A stretch of 64,000 nt of DNA from a virus. The stretch spans positions 32,001 to 96,000 of the IMG/VR virus record IMGVR_UViG_3300032397_000005, one strand, 5' to 3'. The translations under genes were made by a program, and so were the position numbers. Shown here one piece after another: positions 55,706 to 64,000 of the stretch. The notes under the pieces were generated by a model. That model ran no database searches. It worked only from the letters and a program-made list of their open reading frames with translations, and was not told where the DNA came from. Numbering within the stretch: the stretch's first letter is position 1; every line of letters begins with the position of its first letter.

Positions 55706-58700
55706 ATGTCGGTTCGTCGATTTGGCCCAGTACTGGGAGCCGGAGTTCAGGTGGAGGAGAAGGAGGGGGATCAGCAGATCAACCCGGCACCCCTTGGCGT
55801 GAGCGTCATGATTGGGGACTTCGAGCGCGGCGTCCCCGGTGAGCCGGCATTCCTCTCCGGCGTCCTTGACCTGAAGAGAAGGAACGGGGGGAGGATCCCG
55901 CTGTCCGACGCACCCCAGGCGGCGCTCGACTTCTACAAGTTGGGGCGGGGAGCCGGGGAGCTGATCACCTATCGGGTGACCGGAGGGGACGAGCGGCGCG
56001 CGGAGTTGACCCTCCACACGCGCCAGGGGACAACCGCGTCCGGGGCAAGTTCCCCCAGCAAGGCGTACGTCCTGGGCTCCGTGGTTGGACCGTGGCCGCT
56101 GGCGCACAACGGGACCCTTGTTGGTGCCGTGGATCACACCGCGGAGGACATCGCGACGATCGCCGCAATCTCCGCCACCCTCCAGAACGGGGCGGATGAG
56201 AACTTTGCCCTGTCGAACAACATGACCCTGACCGTCAAGATCGACCGCGGTCCGGTTCAGACCATCCTGTTCCTCACCGGGGAGTTCGTGAGCATTGCGG
56301 CGGCAACGGCGGAGGAGGTGGCGGCGGTCATTGCCAATAAGATCTCCGGCGCGAGCGTGAGCGTGACCTCCGGTGGGAAGCGCGTCACGATCACCTCGGA
56401 CACTCAGGGGACGGACTCCTACATCGAGGTGACCGGGGGGACGTCGAACACGGCGCTCCTGTTCCCCACCGCGGAGACGGCCACAACCGCCTCCAACGTG
56501 GCGGATGTGACGCAGGTCACCTCCGCGGAGCTCAAGACGATCCTGGAGGCGGCCTGGAACAACTCCGCGGGCATCACCGTGACGGCTCCCGGGGGGTACC
56601 TCCGGATCGAAACCAACCTGGCCGGTGCGGGCGGGTACATGCAGGTCATCGCCACCTCCACGCTCGACACAATCCTCGGGCTCGACAATTCTGAGCACCA
56701 GGGGTCCGCCGGGGCGGCGGCGGCGCTTTCCTCCGGGCGGAAGGTCCTGGGGAAGCTGTACGCCAAGAACGGCGGGAAGTGGGGCGGGCAGCGGAAAACG
56801 CACGTCGATACGCTCACCGGTTCCGGGGACATCACCGCGACCACGCTCGACACCGGGGACACGCTGGTGGAGAACGAGTGGGCGGGTGGGACCCTGGAGC
56901 TCAAGAAGGTCACGACCAAGACCTACCGGATCACCGGGAACACCGTGGCCGGGGTGGTCTCCGTGGAGGGGGACCAGAACCTCCTCGCGGACTGGACCGC
57001 GGGCGCGGGGACGCCGGCACTTCGGTACGTCCTGACGCGTGAGAACGTGGATCACCTTACGAAGGACAAGCACCTGGCGGTCGTCCTGGGGAACGGGAAC
57101 GAGAACCCCACCACGGAGTTCTCCCTGAAGATCTACGTGGACGGAGCCAGCGTCGGGAAGGGTTATAACAACCTCTCAACGGACCCGACCAAGGCCAACT
57201 ACTGGGTCAAAGTCATCAATGACGACCCGTCCAACCGGGAGGTGACCGCCACGGACCTCTACGTCGGGGATAAGACGGTGGCGGCGGTCCGGGCGGCAAA
57301 CTTCTACGGTCTGAGCAAGGTCCTGACGTCGCTGACCCTCACGCTCCCGGATCCGGACGTGACGGTGACGTCCCCGGGTCTTGCCAACCCAACCGTCGTC
57401 TTCGTGAAGGGCACCGCCGTGCGCTCCCAGATCCTGACCGGGACCGTGCAGGGCGGCGGGGCGCACATCATCTGGACAACCAGCATCGGGACGCTCTCCG
57501 TCCTCCAGACCACGTTCACCGGGGTGGCAACGAACCTGGGTCCGGAGATCGGGACCGTGACCCTGACCAACGGGACGACCGTCCTATCTGCCGGGGACGT
57601 GGTGACGCTGGAGATCCTGGCACTTGTCACGAATGAGGCCAAGGGTGGGACGCTCTGGCCGAGCGTGGTGGCTAAGCCGAAGCTGGGCTTCTACGTCGAC
57701 TCAAACACGCGGACAACGGTCTCCGTGCGGACCGGGCTGGACCTGACGGACGGGGCGACTATCGTGGCCGGGACTCCCTTCATGCTGGCGTTTCAGGAGG
57801 AGTTCGGGCTGGGGTGCAACGGGGGACCGCTGGCGGACGCGGACTTCCTCCCGGCGCTCGACGCCAACCTGTCCACGCTCCGGAGGATCTTCGGCCGGAA
57901 CAAGGGCATGGTCAAGCTGGCCGTCCCGGGGGTGGTCTCCACGGTGGTTCAGCGGGCGGCCATCGAGTTTGCGGCCGCGATGAACTGGGGCTTTAAGGTT
58001 CAGATCCCGGACACCATCCTCACGGAGGCGGACGCGATCGACTACGTCAACGGGACGATCGGGCGCTCGGACTACGCCTCGACTCACTTCCCTTCCTACG
58101 GGTCCGTTCTCGACCCGGACGCCACCCCGGGTGCGGGGGACGTCCCGCTGAAGCAGCAGACCTTGGTGGGGATGATTCTCGGGCGAGAGGCGCTGGTGGC
58201 GCGGCAGTACGACGGCTACCACAAGGCGCCGGCTGGGATCGACGTCACGCTCCCGGACGTCATGGAGCTCCCGACCGGGAACCCGGAGGAGCAGATCGCG
58301 CTGAACGAGGAGATGACGAATCCGCAGGGTTTGAACCTCGTTAAGTTCCGCCAGGGGGTCTGCATCCTCTGGGGGGATCGGACCCTCTCCCCGACCTCGG
58401 AGTGGAAGTGGTTTCACCAGCGCTGCCAGATGAGCCACTACGAGAACCTCATTCGGGAGAATTTCGACTGGATCGTCTTCGCCATCAACAACCCGACGGC
58501 GTGGCAGCGGGTGGCGACGACGCTCCGGGCCTTCTTCCTCCCGGAGTGGACGAAGGGGGCGCTTCGGGGCAAGACGTTCACGGAGGCGTTCAAGCTGAAG
58601 CTGGACGAGGAGAACAACACGGATCTGACCCTCTCCGCCGGGGACCTGAACGCGGAGCTCACCCTGAAGCTCGCGGACACGGTGGAGCGGTTCAAGATTG

Positions 58701-58738
58701 TTCTCGGGAAAGCCGGCATCTTCGACGCGGTGGAGTAG
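55706..58738 (+). CDS. contractile tail sheath protein (large, with inserted domains)
   Basis: GV.V.E, G.FERG at the N-terminus; KAPAG, N...N, ILWG.RTL, VF..N, LRG and E at the C-terminus. Confidence 0.92.
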   Translation: MSVRRFGPVLGAGVQVEEKEGDQQINPAPLGVSVMIGDFERGVPGEPAFLSGVLDLKRRNGGRIPLSDAPQAALDFYKLGRGAGELITYRVTGGDERRAELTLHTRQGTTASGASSPSKAYVLGSVVGPWPLAHNGTLVGAVDHTAEDIATIAAISATLQNGADENFALSNNMTLTVKIDRGPVQTILFLTGEFVSIAAATAEEVAAVIANKISGASVSVTSGGKRVTITSDTQGTDSYIEVTGGTSNTALLFPTAETATTASNVADVTQVTSAELKTILEAAWNNSAGITVTAPGGYLRIETNLAGAGGYMQVIATSTLDTILGLDNSEHQGSAGAAAALSSGRKVLGKLYAKNGGKWGGQRKTHVDTLTGSGDITATTLDTGDTLVENEWAGGTLELKKVTTKTYRITGNTVAGVVSVEGDQNLLADWTAGAGTPALRYVLTRENVDHLTKDKHLAVVLGNGNENPTTEFSLKIYVDGASVGKGYNNLSTDPTKANYWVKVINDDPSNREVTATDLYVGDKTVAAVRAANFYGLSKVLTSLTLTLPDPDVTVTSPGLANPTVVFVKGTAVRSQILTGTVQGGGAHIIWTTSIGTLSVLQTTFTGVATNLGPEIGTVTLTNGTTVLSAGDVVTLEILALVTNEAKGGTLWPSVVAKPKLGFYVDSNTRTTVSVRTGLDLTDGATIVAGTPFMLAFQEEFGLGCNGGPLADADFLPALDANLSTLRRIFGRNKGMVKLAVPGVVSTVVQRAAIEFAAAMNWGFKVQIPDTILTEADAIDYVNGTIGRSDYASTHFPSYGSVLDPDATPGAGDVPLKQQTLVGMILGREALVARQYDGYHKAPAGIDVTLPDVMELPTGNPEEQIALNEEMTNPQGLNLVKFRQGVCILWGDRTLSPTSEWKWFHQRCQMSHYENLIRENFDWIVFAINNPTAWQRVATTLRAFFLPEWTKGALRGKTFTEAFKLKLDEENNTDLTLSAGDLNAELTLKLADTVERFKIVLGKAGIFDAVE

Positions 58739-58792
58739 TCCTCCGCGGAAAGATAGGAACGGAACAATCAACTCTCAACGGAGGACAAGAAA

Positions 58793-59104
58793 ATGGGTAG
58801 CGGAATTGCAAGGATCGTGACCGGAATCTACACGGGGAGCGGGGCGGCAAAGAGCATCATCGGGGACAAGGTTGGCTTCAAGCCGAAGCGGGTGATCATC
58901 AGCCGGATGACCACCGCCATCGACCAGGGGGAGCACATCGAGGGGATGGCGGCGGCCTCCTTCATCCAAACGGTTGGGGCGGACGGGATCCGGACGCTCG
59001 TGACCACGGAGGGCATCACCCTACAGGCCACGGGGTTCTCCCTGGGGACGGACGCCCACATCAACAACTCGGGGGACACCTACCGCTTCGTGGCGGAGGA
59101 GTAG
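58793..59104 (+). CDS. small virion protein
   Basis: YTG.G...VGFKP..V; GF..G...N.SG.TY. Confidence 0.65.
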   Translation: MGSGIARIVTGIYTGSGAAKSIIGDKVGFKPKRVIISRMTTAIDQGEHIEGMAAASFIQTVGADGIRTLVTTEGITLQATGFSLGTDAHINNSGDTYRFVAEE

Positions 59105-59145
59105 ATCCGGCGGGGATCGATCCCATCGCCAGGAGGAGGATTTAA

Positions 59146-60129
59146 ATGACGAAGATCACCAAGGAAAAGTATCACGGAGGACGCGACGTCTCGACCGGGG
59201 AGCTGGCGGATGACCTCCGAGACGTCGCAGACGACCTCGCGACGGTGAAGGCGGGGGCATCCATCACGGCCTCGGCCGTTTCCGCCACGGCGGCGGCCGA
59301 CATCGCGGCGCTGGTGGCGCCCGCCCCAACGGCGGTTGCCGCCACGGACATCGCGGCGGTGGCCGCGGGCGCTCCCGCCGCAACGGTCGTGGTCGACGTG
59401 GGCGAGACCTACGGCGTGGCGGACGGCTTGGTCGCGGGGGTACCAACCACAGCGAGCACTCAGGCAGTCGATCCCGCGGCGCTCCTCGAGTGGAACGTGA
59501 ACATCCCCGCCGGGTACGCCTTCGCCAACGCGGTCGGCATGTACTGGGCGGCTCAGGTCGACTTCAAGGTATCCACCGGCGCGAAGCGCATGGACATCGC
59601 CCAGGCCATGTACGCCTGGATCGTGATCAAGGAGAACGGCGCGGGCGTGGTGGCGATGCACGTGGTCCTGGGAACGGCGGCCGCTCTCGGGGCCGAGGTC
59701 ATCCCGAATGACGCCGCAATCGACGCCAGCGTGACGCACGCTCGTTGGTGCAAGCTGGCCCTCTGCCACGCGAGCCGGACGGCGGACGCCGTGGTCGCGT
59801 GCACTCAGGATCCGTCCTTCATGAAAAAGTGGGGCGGGGCCGGAACGACCCTGATCAACGACCTCAAGGCGAAGTACAACGTGGCCGTGACCGCCATCGC
59901 GGAGCTGCGTGTGTTGGCCGGGACGGTCCTGACCATGGTCAACGAGAACAAGTCTAAGTTCAACATTGGCGTGACCGCCATCGCGGAACTCCAGACCGTC
60001 GGAGCGACCATCCGCACCCTGGCCAACGAGGTGAAGGCGGACCTCGCCGAGGCGCGGGCGATCGCCAACGAGGTCAGGACGGACTTGAACGCCCTGGGCG
60101 GTGTGACCCTGAAGACCACCAAGGGCTAG
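59146..60129 (+). CDS. Ala-rich fibre/decoration-like protein with coiled-coil C-terminus
   Basis: AGGAGG RBS; repeated N(E/D).K.K.N heptads. Confidence 0.65.
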   Translation: MTKITKEKYHGGRDVSTGELADDLRDVADDLATVKAGASITASAVSATAAADIAALVAPAPTAVAATDIAAVAAGAPAATVVVDVGETYGVADGLVAGVPTTASTQAVDPAALLEWNVNIPAGYAFANAVGMYWAAQVDFKVSTGAKRMDIAQAMYAWIVIKENGAGVVAMHVVLGTAAALGAEVIPNDAAIDASVTHARWCKLALCHASRTADAVVACTQDPSFMKKWGGAGTTLINDLKAKYNVAVTAIAELRVLAGTVLTMVNENKSKFNIGVTAIAELQTVGATIRTLANEVKADLAEARAIANEVRTDLNALGGVTLKTTKG

Positions 60130-60161
60130 TCCTCCGCTCTAGCGGAGGAGAGGAGAAGCAG

Positions 60162-60602
60162 ATGAAGGGCATCATCCTACCGGACCACATCCCGGTCAAC
60201 AACTACCAGATGATCATCGTGGGTGGACCGCCGTTCATCACGTTCACGTCCATCGACGGGCTGGAGGAGGAGCTGGAGACGGTCGACCTCCCGGATCGGA
60301 CCGTGGCAAGCGGGGGGAATACCAAGAGCCTGGAGTTCACGGCGGCGCATCCCAAGCACCACGCGGCGGAGGACATCTTCCTCGAGCTCTGGTTCATGAC
60401 GTGCCAGGATCCCGTGCTCCCGATCTACAAGAAGGCGGCTACACTCCTGGTTCAGAGCATCTCCCGGATGCAGACGCGGTCCTACAACCTCATCGGGCTG
60501 TTCCCGTCGAAGCGGAAGACGCCGGACCTGGAGATGAACAACGAGGGGGAGCTATTCACCACGGAGTGGACGTTCAAGTGTGACCGGCTCATTCCGGTCT
60601 AG
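60162..60602 (+). CDS. tail tube protein (T4 gp19-like)
   Basis: size and position; F..I.GLE.E, W, YNL..LFP and DL...EW.F motifs. Confidence 0.8.
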   Translation: MKGIILPDHIPVNNYQMIIVGGPPFITFTSIDGLEEELETVDLPDRTVASGGNTKSLEFTAAHPKHHAAEDIFLELWFMTCQDPVLPIYKKAATLLVQSISRMQTRSYNLIGLFPSKRKTPDLEMNNEGELFTTEWTFKCDRLIPV

Positions 60603-60720
60603 CGTTCGGGCGGTGACGGAGGCGCGCCAACAGACCGTCGGATCTCCGGTGGTAACTGGGGCGGCCGGATAGAGGGACGAGGACCTCACAACGACCCAGA
60701 TGGGTCCACTTGGAGGAGTC

Positions 60721-61632
60721 ATGCAGACCCAGGAACAAGTAGAGAAGAACCGGACCGGGGACGCCCGTCTGCCCGTCGTTCCCCCGGACCTTGCGGCGCT
60801 GGACGGGCAGCAGACGGGGGACGTGGAGAAGCTCCCCTCCCTGGCGGACGTGGGGAAGTTCCTCCCGCTCGGGTTCCGGGACCAGACCGGAGCCATTCAC
60901 CGGGACTTCGATCTGGTGGAGTGGACGTACGAGTTGGAGGAGCAGCTTGGGGAGCTGGCGAGTCAGAATCAGGAGATGACCATCAACGTGTACGTCTCGG
61001 AGATCATCGCGCATGGTCTGGCTCGAGTGGGGACGATAGACGTCTCGAAGATGCGGCGGTCCGAGAAGCGGCTCCTAGTCCGTAACATGTTCTTCTCCGA
61101 CGCGCTGTACGTCTACATCTGGATCCGGATCGGAGCACTTGGGCCGGTACTGAAGCTCAAGTCGTTCCGGTGCTCCTCCTGCGGGAAGACAATCGAGGAG
61201 TTCTCCGGGGACCTCCGGACGCTGGAGGTCCGGACGTTCGACGGGAAGGTCCCAAGCAGGTCGGTCACCCTTGATCAGGGGGTGCTCTACGCGGGGAAGC
61301 GACTCGCGGAGTTCACCGTGGGTCCGGTCAGGTGGGCGTTCATGGAGACGGACGACCCAACGATCCTCTCCAACCCGGCGAAGTTCAAGCTGGCGAGCAT
61401 CCAGCAGGGGGTGGTTGCTCTGAAGGGAGCTCCGGAGGGTCCGGTCTACCTGACCGCGGAGCACCTCCGGTCGATGCAGCCGCGGGAGATCAACGTCCTG
61501 GTTCGGGAGATTGACCAGTGCGGCGGCGGGCCGGTGATGGAGATTCGGGACACCTGCCCGAAGTGCAGACGGGAGTTCCGGCAGGCCGTCAACTGGAGCT
61601 ACGAGGGTTTTTTCGCACCTTCTTCCCAGTGA
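60721..61632 (+). CDS. tail assembly chaperone (G-type) with CxxC pairs
   Basis: between tube and tape measure; ends just after a slippery heptamer. Confidence 0.7.
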   Translation: MQTQEQVEKNRTGDARLPVVPPDLAALDGQQTGDVEKLPSLADVGKFLPLGFRDQTGAIHRDFDLVEWTYELEEQLGELASQNQEMTINVYVSEIIAHGLARVGTIDVSKMRRSEKRLLVRNMFFSDALYVYIWIRIGALGPVLKLKSFRCSSCGKTIEEFSGDLRTLEVRTFDGKVPSRSVTLDQGVLYAGKRLAEFTVGPVRWAFMETDDPTILSNPAKFKLASIQQGVVALKGAPEGPVYLTAEHLRSMQPREINVLVREIDQCGGGPVMEIRDTCPKCRREFRQAVNWSYEGFFAPSSQ

Positions 61633-61832
61633 CGCCTCGGGACGTTCTCTGGGAGGAGGAGTTCGCAATCCTGGTTGGGAGTGAGGGGGCCTACCGGGCG
61701 GCGGACGTGTGGCGGATGACGCCGGAGAAGCGGGTCTGGGTGCTCCGGAGGATCCGTAGGATGCAGGAGAGGATGCGCCGAACGTCAAGTGGCGTCGCCG
61801 GGGGAGAGCCCAAGATCCCGCGACGTCGGTAG
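61605..61832 (+). CDS. -1 frameshift extension of the tail assembly chaperone (GT-type)
   Basis: G GGT TTT at 61605-61611 in X XXY YYZ phase; -1 frame open to 61832 (..VWRMTPEKRVWVLRR..). Confidence 0.75.
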   Translation, partial: GFFRTFFPVTPRDVLWEEEFAILVGSEGAYRAADVWRMTPEKRVWVLRRIRRMQERMRRTSSGVAGGEPKIPRRR

Positions 61833-61843
61833 GAGGAAACCAC

Positions 61844-64000
61844 GTGAGGAAGTTCGGACTCGCCGCCATCCTGGAGTTCATTGACAAGGGCGCCACCGCG
61901 GGGATGGGTCGCGTGGGCCGAGCGGCAATGGCGCTGAAGGCCAACCTCCGGGGTCTCCAGTCCGGCGTCGGGATGATGGGGAGCGGACTCCAGTCCGTGG
62001 CGATGGCCTCCATCCCGGTTGGCGGCGCCTTCGCCGTGATGGTCAAGGACGGGATGAAGTTCGAGCAGTCGATCGCCAACCTGAAGGCGGTCACGCTCGA
62101 CACGACCGGGGCCTCGACGGAGGCGCTCCGACAACTGGCCAAGACCCTCGGCGCAACCACCAAGTTCACCGCGTACCAGGCGGCGGACGCCATGACCACG
62201 CTGGCACGCGCCGGTCTGAGCGTTGATGAGATCATGAAGGCAATTCCGGGGACGCTGAACGCGGCGGCCGCGGAGGGGATCGACATGGCCACTGCGGCGG
62301 ACCTGGTGGCCTCCAACATGCGGGCGTTTGGGTTGAGTGCGGATGAGGCGGGGTCGATTGCCGGCACGTTGGCCCTTGTCTCCGCTCGAACAAACACCAA
62401 CATGCTGTCGCTCCAGGAGGGGTTGAAGTTCGCCGCTCCGGCGGCGCACATCCTGGGCTGGAACCTGAAGGAGACCGCGCTTGCCCTGGGCATGCTGGGG
62501 GACATCGGGATCAAGGGGACCCTGGGTGGGACCGCGCTGCGTCAGGCGATGGTGCGTCTGACGAAGCCAACGAAGGAGACCATTAAGGTATTTGGGGGTC
62601 GGGATGGTCTGAACAAGATCCTGATGAACACGGATGGAACCATCCGCCCGCTGTCAGACGTGATGATGGACTTCGTCTCCCTCATCCAGAAGCAGCCAAA
62701 CGTGGTGAAGAAGGCGGAGATCGCCACCAAGATCTTCGGCGTTCGGGCGCAGTCCCTTGGTGGGGCGTTCACGTTCACGAAGGAGCGCATGGAGGCGTTT
62801 CGCGCTAAGCAGGCGGAGCTCCGGAAGGAGACCGGGCAGACCGCGGAGACAATGCGGGACATCCAGATTCAGACATTCTCCGGTCAGTGGCTCATCCTGC
62901 GGTCCTCGATTGAGGGCGTGAACATCGAACTCTTCAGCCTGTTTGCGGGGTTTACGGGGAAGGGGATGATTGCGGCGTCCGACGCTCTCAATGACTTGAG
63001 TATTGCGCTCCGCGTGGTCCGCGGGGAGGTCATCGTTGATCCCAAGTCACTTCAACTCCTGGGGAAGATGCCGCTGGTGATGCTGGAGGTGGCCTCCGGG
63101 ATCATCCAGGGGTTCGAGGCGGCGAAGCGGACCATCTTAGAGGTCATCGACTCGCTCGGTTCACTTGGGCGTTGGTTTGGTTCCACCGGGAACAAGAGCG
63201 TGGCGGAGACCACGAAGATGATCACGAAGTTTGTGATCCTCCTGGCGGCCATCGGGCCCGTCACCCTGGCGCTCTTCATTGTCACGAGTCTGGTGGGCGG
63301 ACTGGTCAAGATGTTCTGGGGCGCGGCGAAGGTGGTGATTTCCCTGGTCCCGCTCCTTGGGAACCTGGGCAAGGCGTTCATCGGACTCCGGTGGGCCATC
63401 CTGGGACCTCTTGGGGTGCTGGCGTACCTGGTCTACAAGTGCGTTGACTTCGGGGCCATCTGGGAGGGGATCAAGAGCACGCTATCGGAGTACGGAGTCA
63501 TCGACGAGTTCTGGAAGCAACTCAAGGGACTGGGGGATGAGTTCGGGAATCTCCTGGCCGCGATGTTCAACGTTCAGGGGAGCGCGGAGGGCTGGCGGGA
63601 GTTCGGGGTGGCGGTGGGGGAGGTCCTGAGTCGCCTCCTCTGGCTCATCACGAAGATCATCGAGGGTTACCGGGAGCTGTTTGCCCTCATCAACGAGTTC
63701 CGGCGGGAGGGGTTGGGGGGCGTTGGGGGTGCCATCTCTCAGACGTTTGGGGGCAAGGGGTTCCACCAGGGAGCTCCGCTCGATAAGACCGCGATGGCGA
63801 CGGAGAACGCGGCGCGGCTCGCCACCCAGATGGCGGACCTTGCGCAGCGGGGGGTCAAGACGGTTGGGGCCGGGGGTCCGGCGCTCACGCAGGAGTACGC
63901 AACGGGGCGGCTCCTGGCCTTCCTCAAGACGCAGAATCTGACCCAGCCCCAGATTGCGGACATCCTGACCAGGTTGAACGCCACGCTCTCCAAGATCCCA
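61844..64000 (+). CDS. tail tape measure protein (TP901 family), 3' truncated by the window
   Basis: AGGAGG RBS and GTG; FEQ.IA.LKAV, LGATTKFTA.QAA.AM..LARAG, GIKG..GGTALR. Confidence 0.9.
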   Translation, partial: MRKFGLAAILEFIDKGATAGMGRVGRAAMALKANLRGLQSGVGMMGSGLQSVAMASIPVGGAFAVMVKDGMKFEQSIANLKAVTLDTTGASTEALRQLAKTLGATTKFTAYQAADAMTTLARAGLSVDEIMKAIPGTLNAAAAEGIDMATAADLVASNMRAFGLSADEAGSIAGTLALVSARTNTNMLSLQEGLKFAAPAAHILGWNLKETALALGMLGDIGIKGTLGGTALRQAMVRLTKPTKETIKVFGGRDGLNKILMNTDGTIRPLSDVMMDFVSLIQKQPNVVKKAEIATKIFGVRAQSLGGAFTFTKERMEAFRAKQAELRKETGQTAETMRDIQIQTFSGQWLILRSSIEGVNIELFSLFAGFTGKGMIAASDALNDLSIALRVVRGEVIVDPKSLQLLGKMPLVMLEVASGIIQGFEAAKRTILEVIDSLGSLGRWFGSTGNKSVAETTKMITKFVILLAAIGPVTLALFIVTSLVGGLVKMFWGAAKVVISLVPLLGNLGKAFIGLRWAILGPLGVLAYLVYKCVDFGAIWEGIKSTLSEYGVIDEFWKQLKGLGDEFGNLLAAMFNVQGSAEGWREFGVAVGEVLSRLLWLITKIIEGYRELFALINEFRREGLGGVGGAISQTFGGKGFHQGAPLDKTAMATENAARLATQMADLAQRGVKTVGAGGPALTQEYATGRLLAFLKTQNLTQPQIADILTRLNATLSKIP

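Noticed and set aside
1-64000. tRNA/rRNA genes, integrase or alternative genetic code
   Set aside because: None recognised. Genes translate intact with the standard code and use all three stop codons.

Overview
This is a 64-kb segment of a high-GC tailed dsDNA bacteriophage with a contractile tail (myovirus-type); almost all genes are on the + strand. 1-22 kb is DNA recombination and nucleotide metabolism: RecA-like recombinase, a split SbcD/Mre11, SbcC/Rad50, DNA MTase, RuvC-like resolvase, class II RNR, dCMP deaminase, ThyX, 5'-3' exonuclease and GIY-YIG. Cell-wall enzymes and a papain-like protease are interspersed. About 22.0-22.9 kb is a non-coding control region with tandem and palindromic repeats plus a small HTH gene. 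About 23.7-30 kb is an array of eight near-identical sigma70-like promoter/start elements, each heading a cassette of small early-type genes. 31-64 kb is packaging and virion morphogenesis: divergent TerS, TerL, portal, intein-containing MuF, XkdF-like protease/scaffold, major capsid, accessory virion proteins, neck, sheath, tube, frameshifting chaperone and tape measure (runs off the end). Most unusual: (i) an intein whose endonuclease is encoded in a different, fully overlapping reading frame, with its own RBS, inside the open intein frame; (ii) the promoter-cassette array with leaderless/dual starts and signs of cassette shuffling, bracketed by a shared palindrome; (iii) an Mre11/SbcD split in two by an inserted gene. 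All calls come from motif recognition by eye; no database searches were run.
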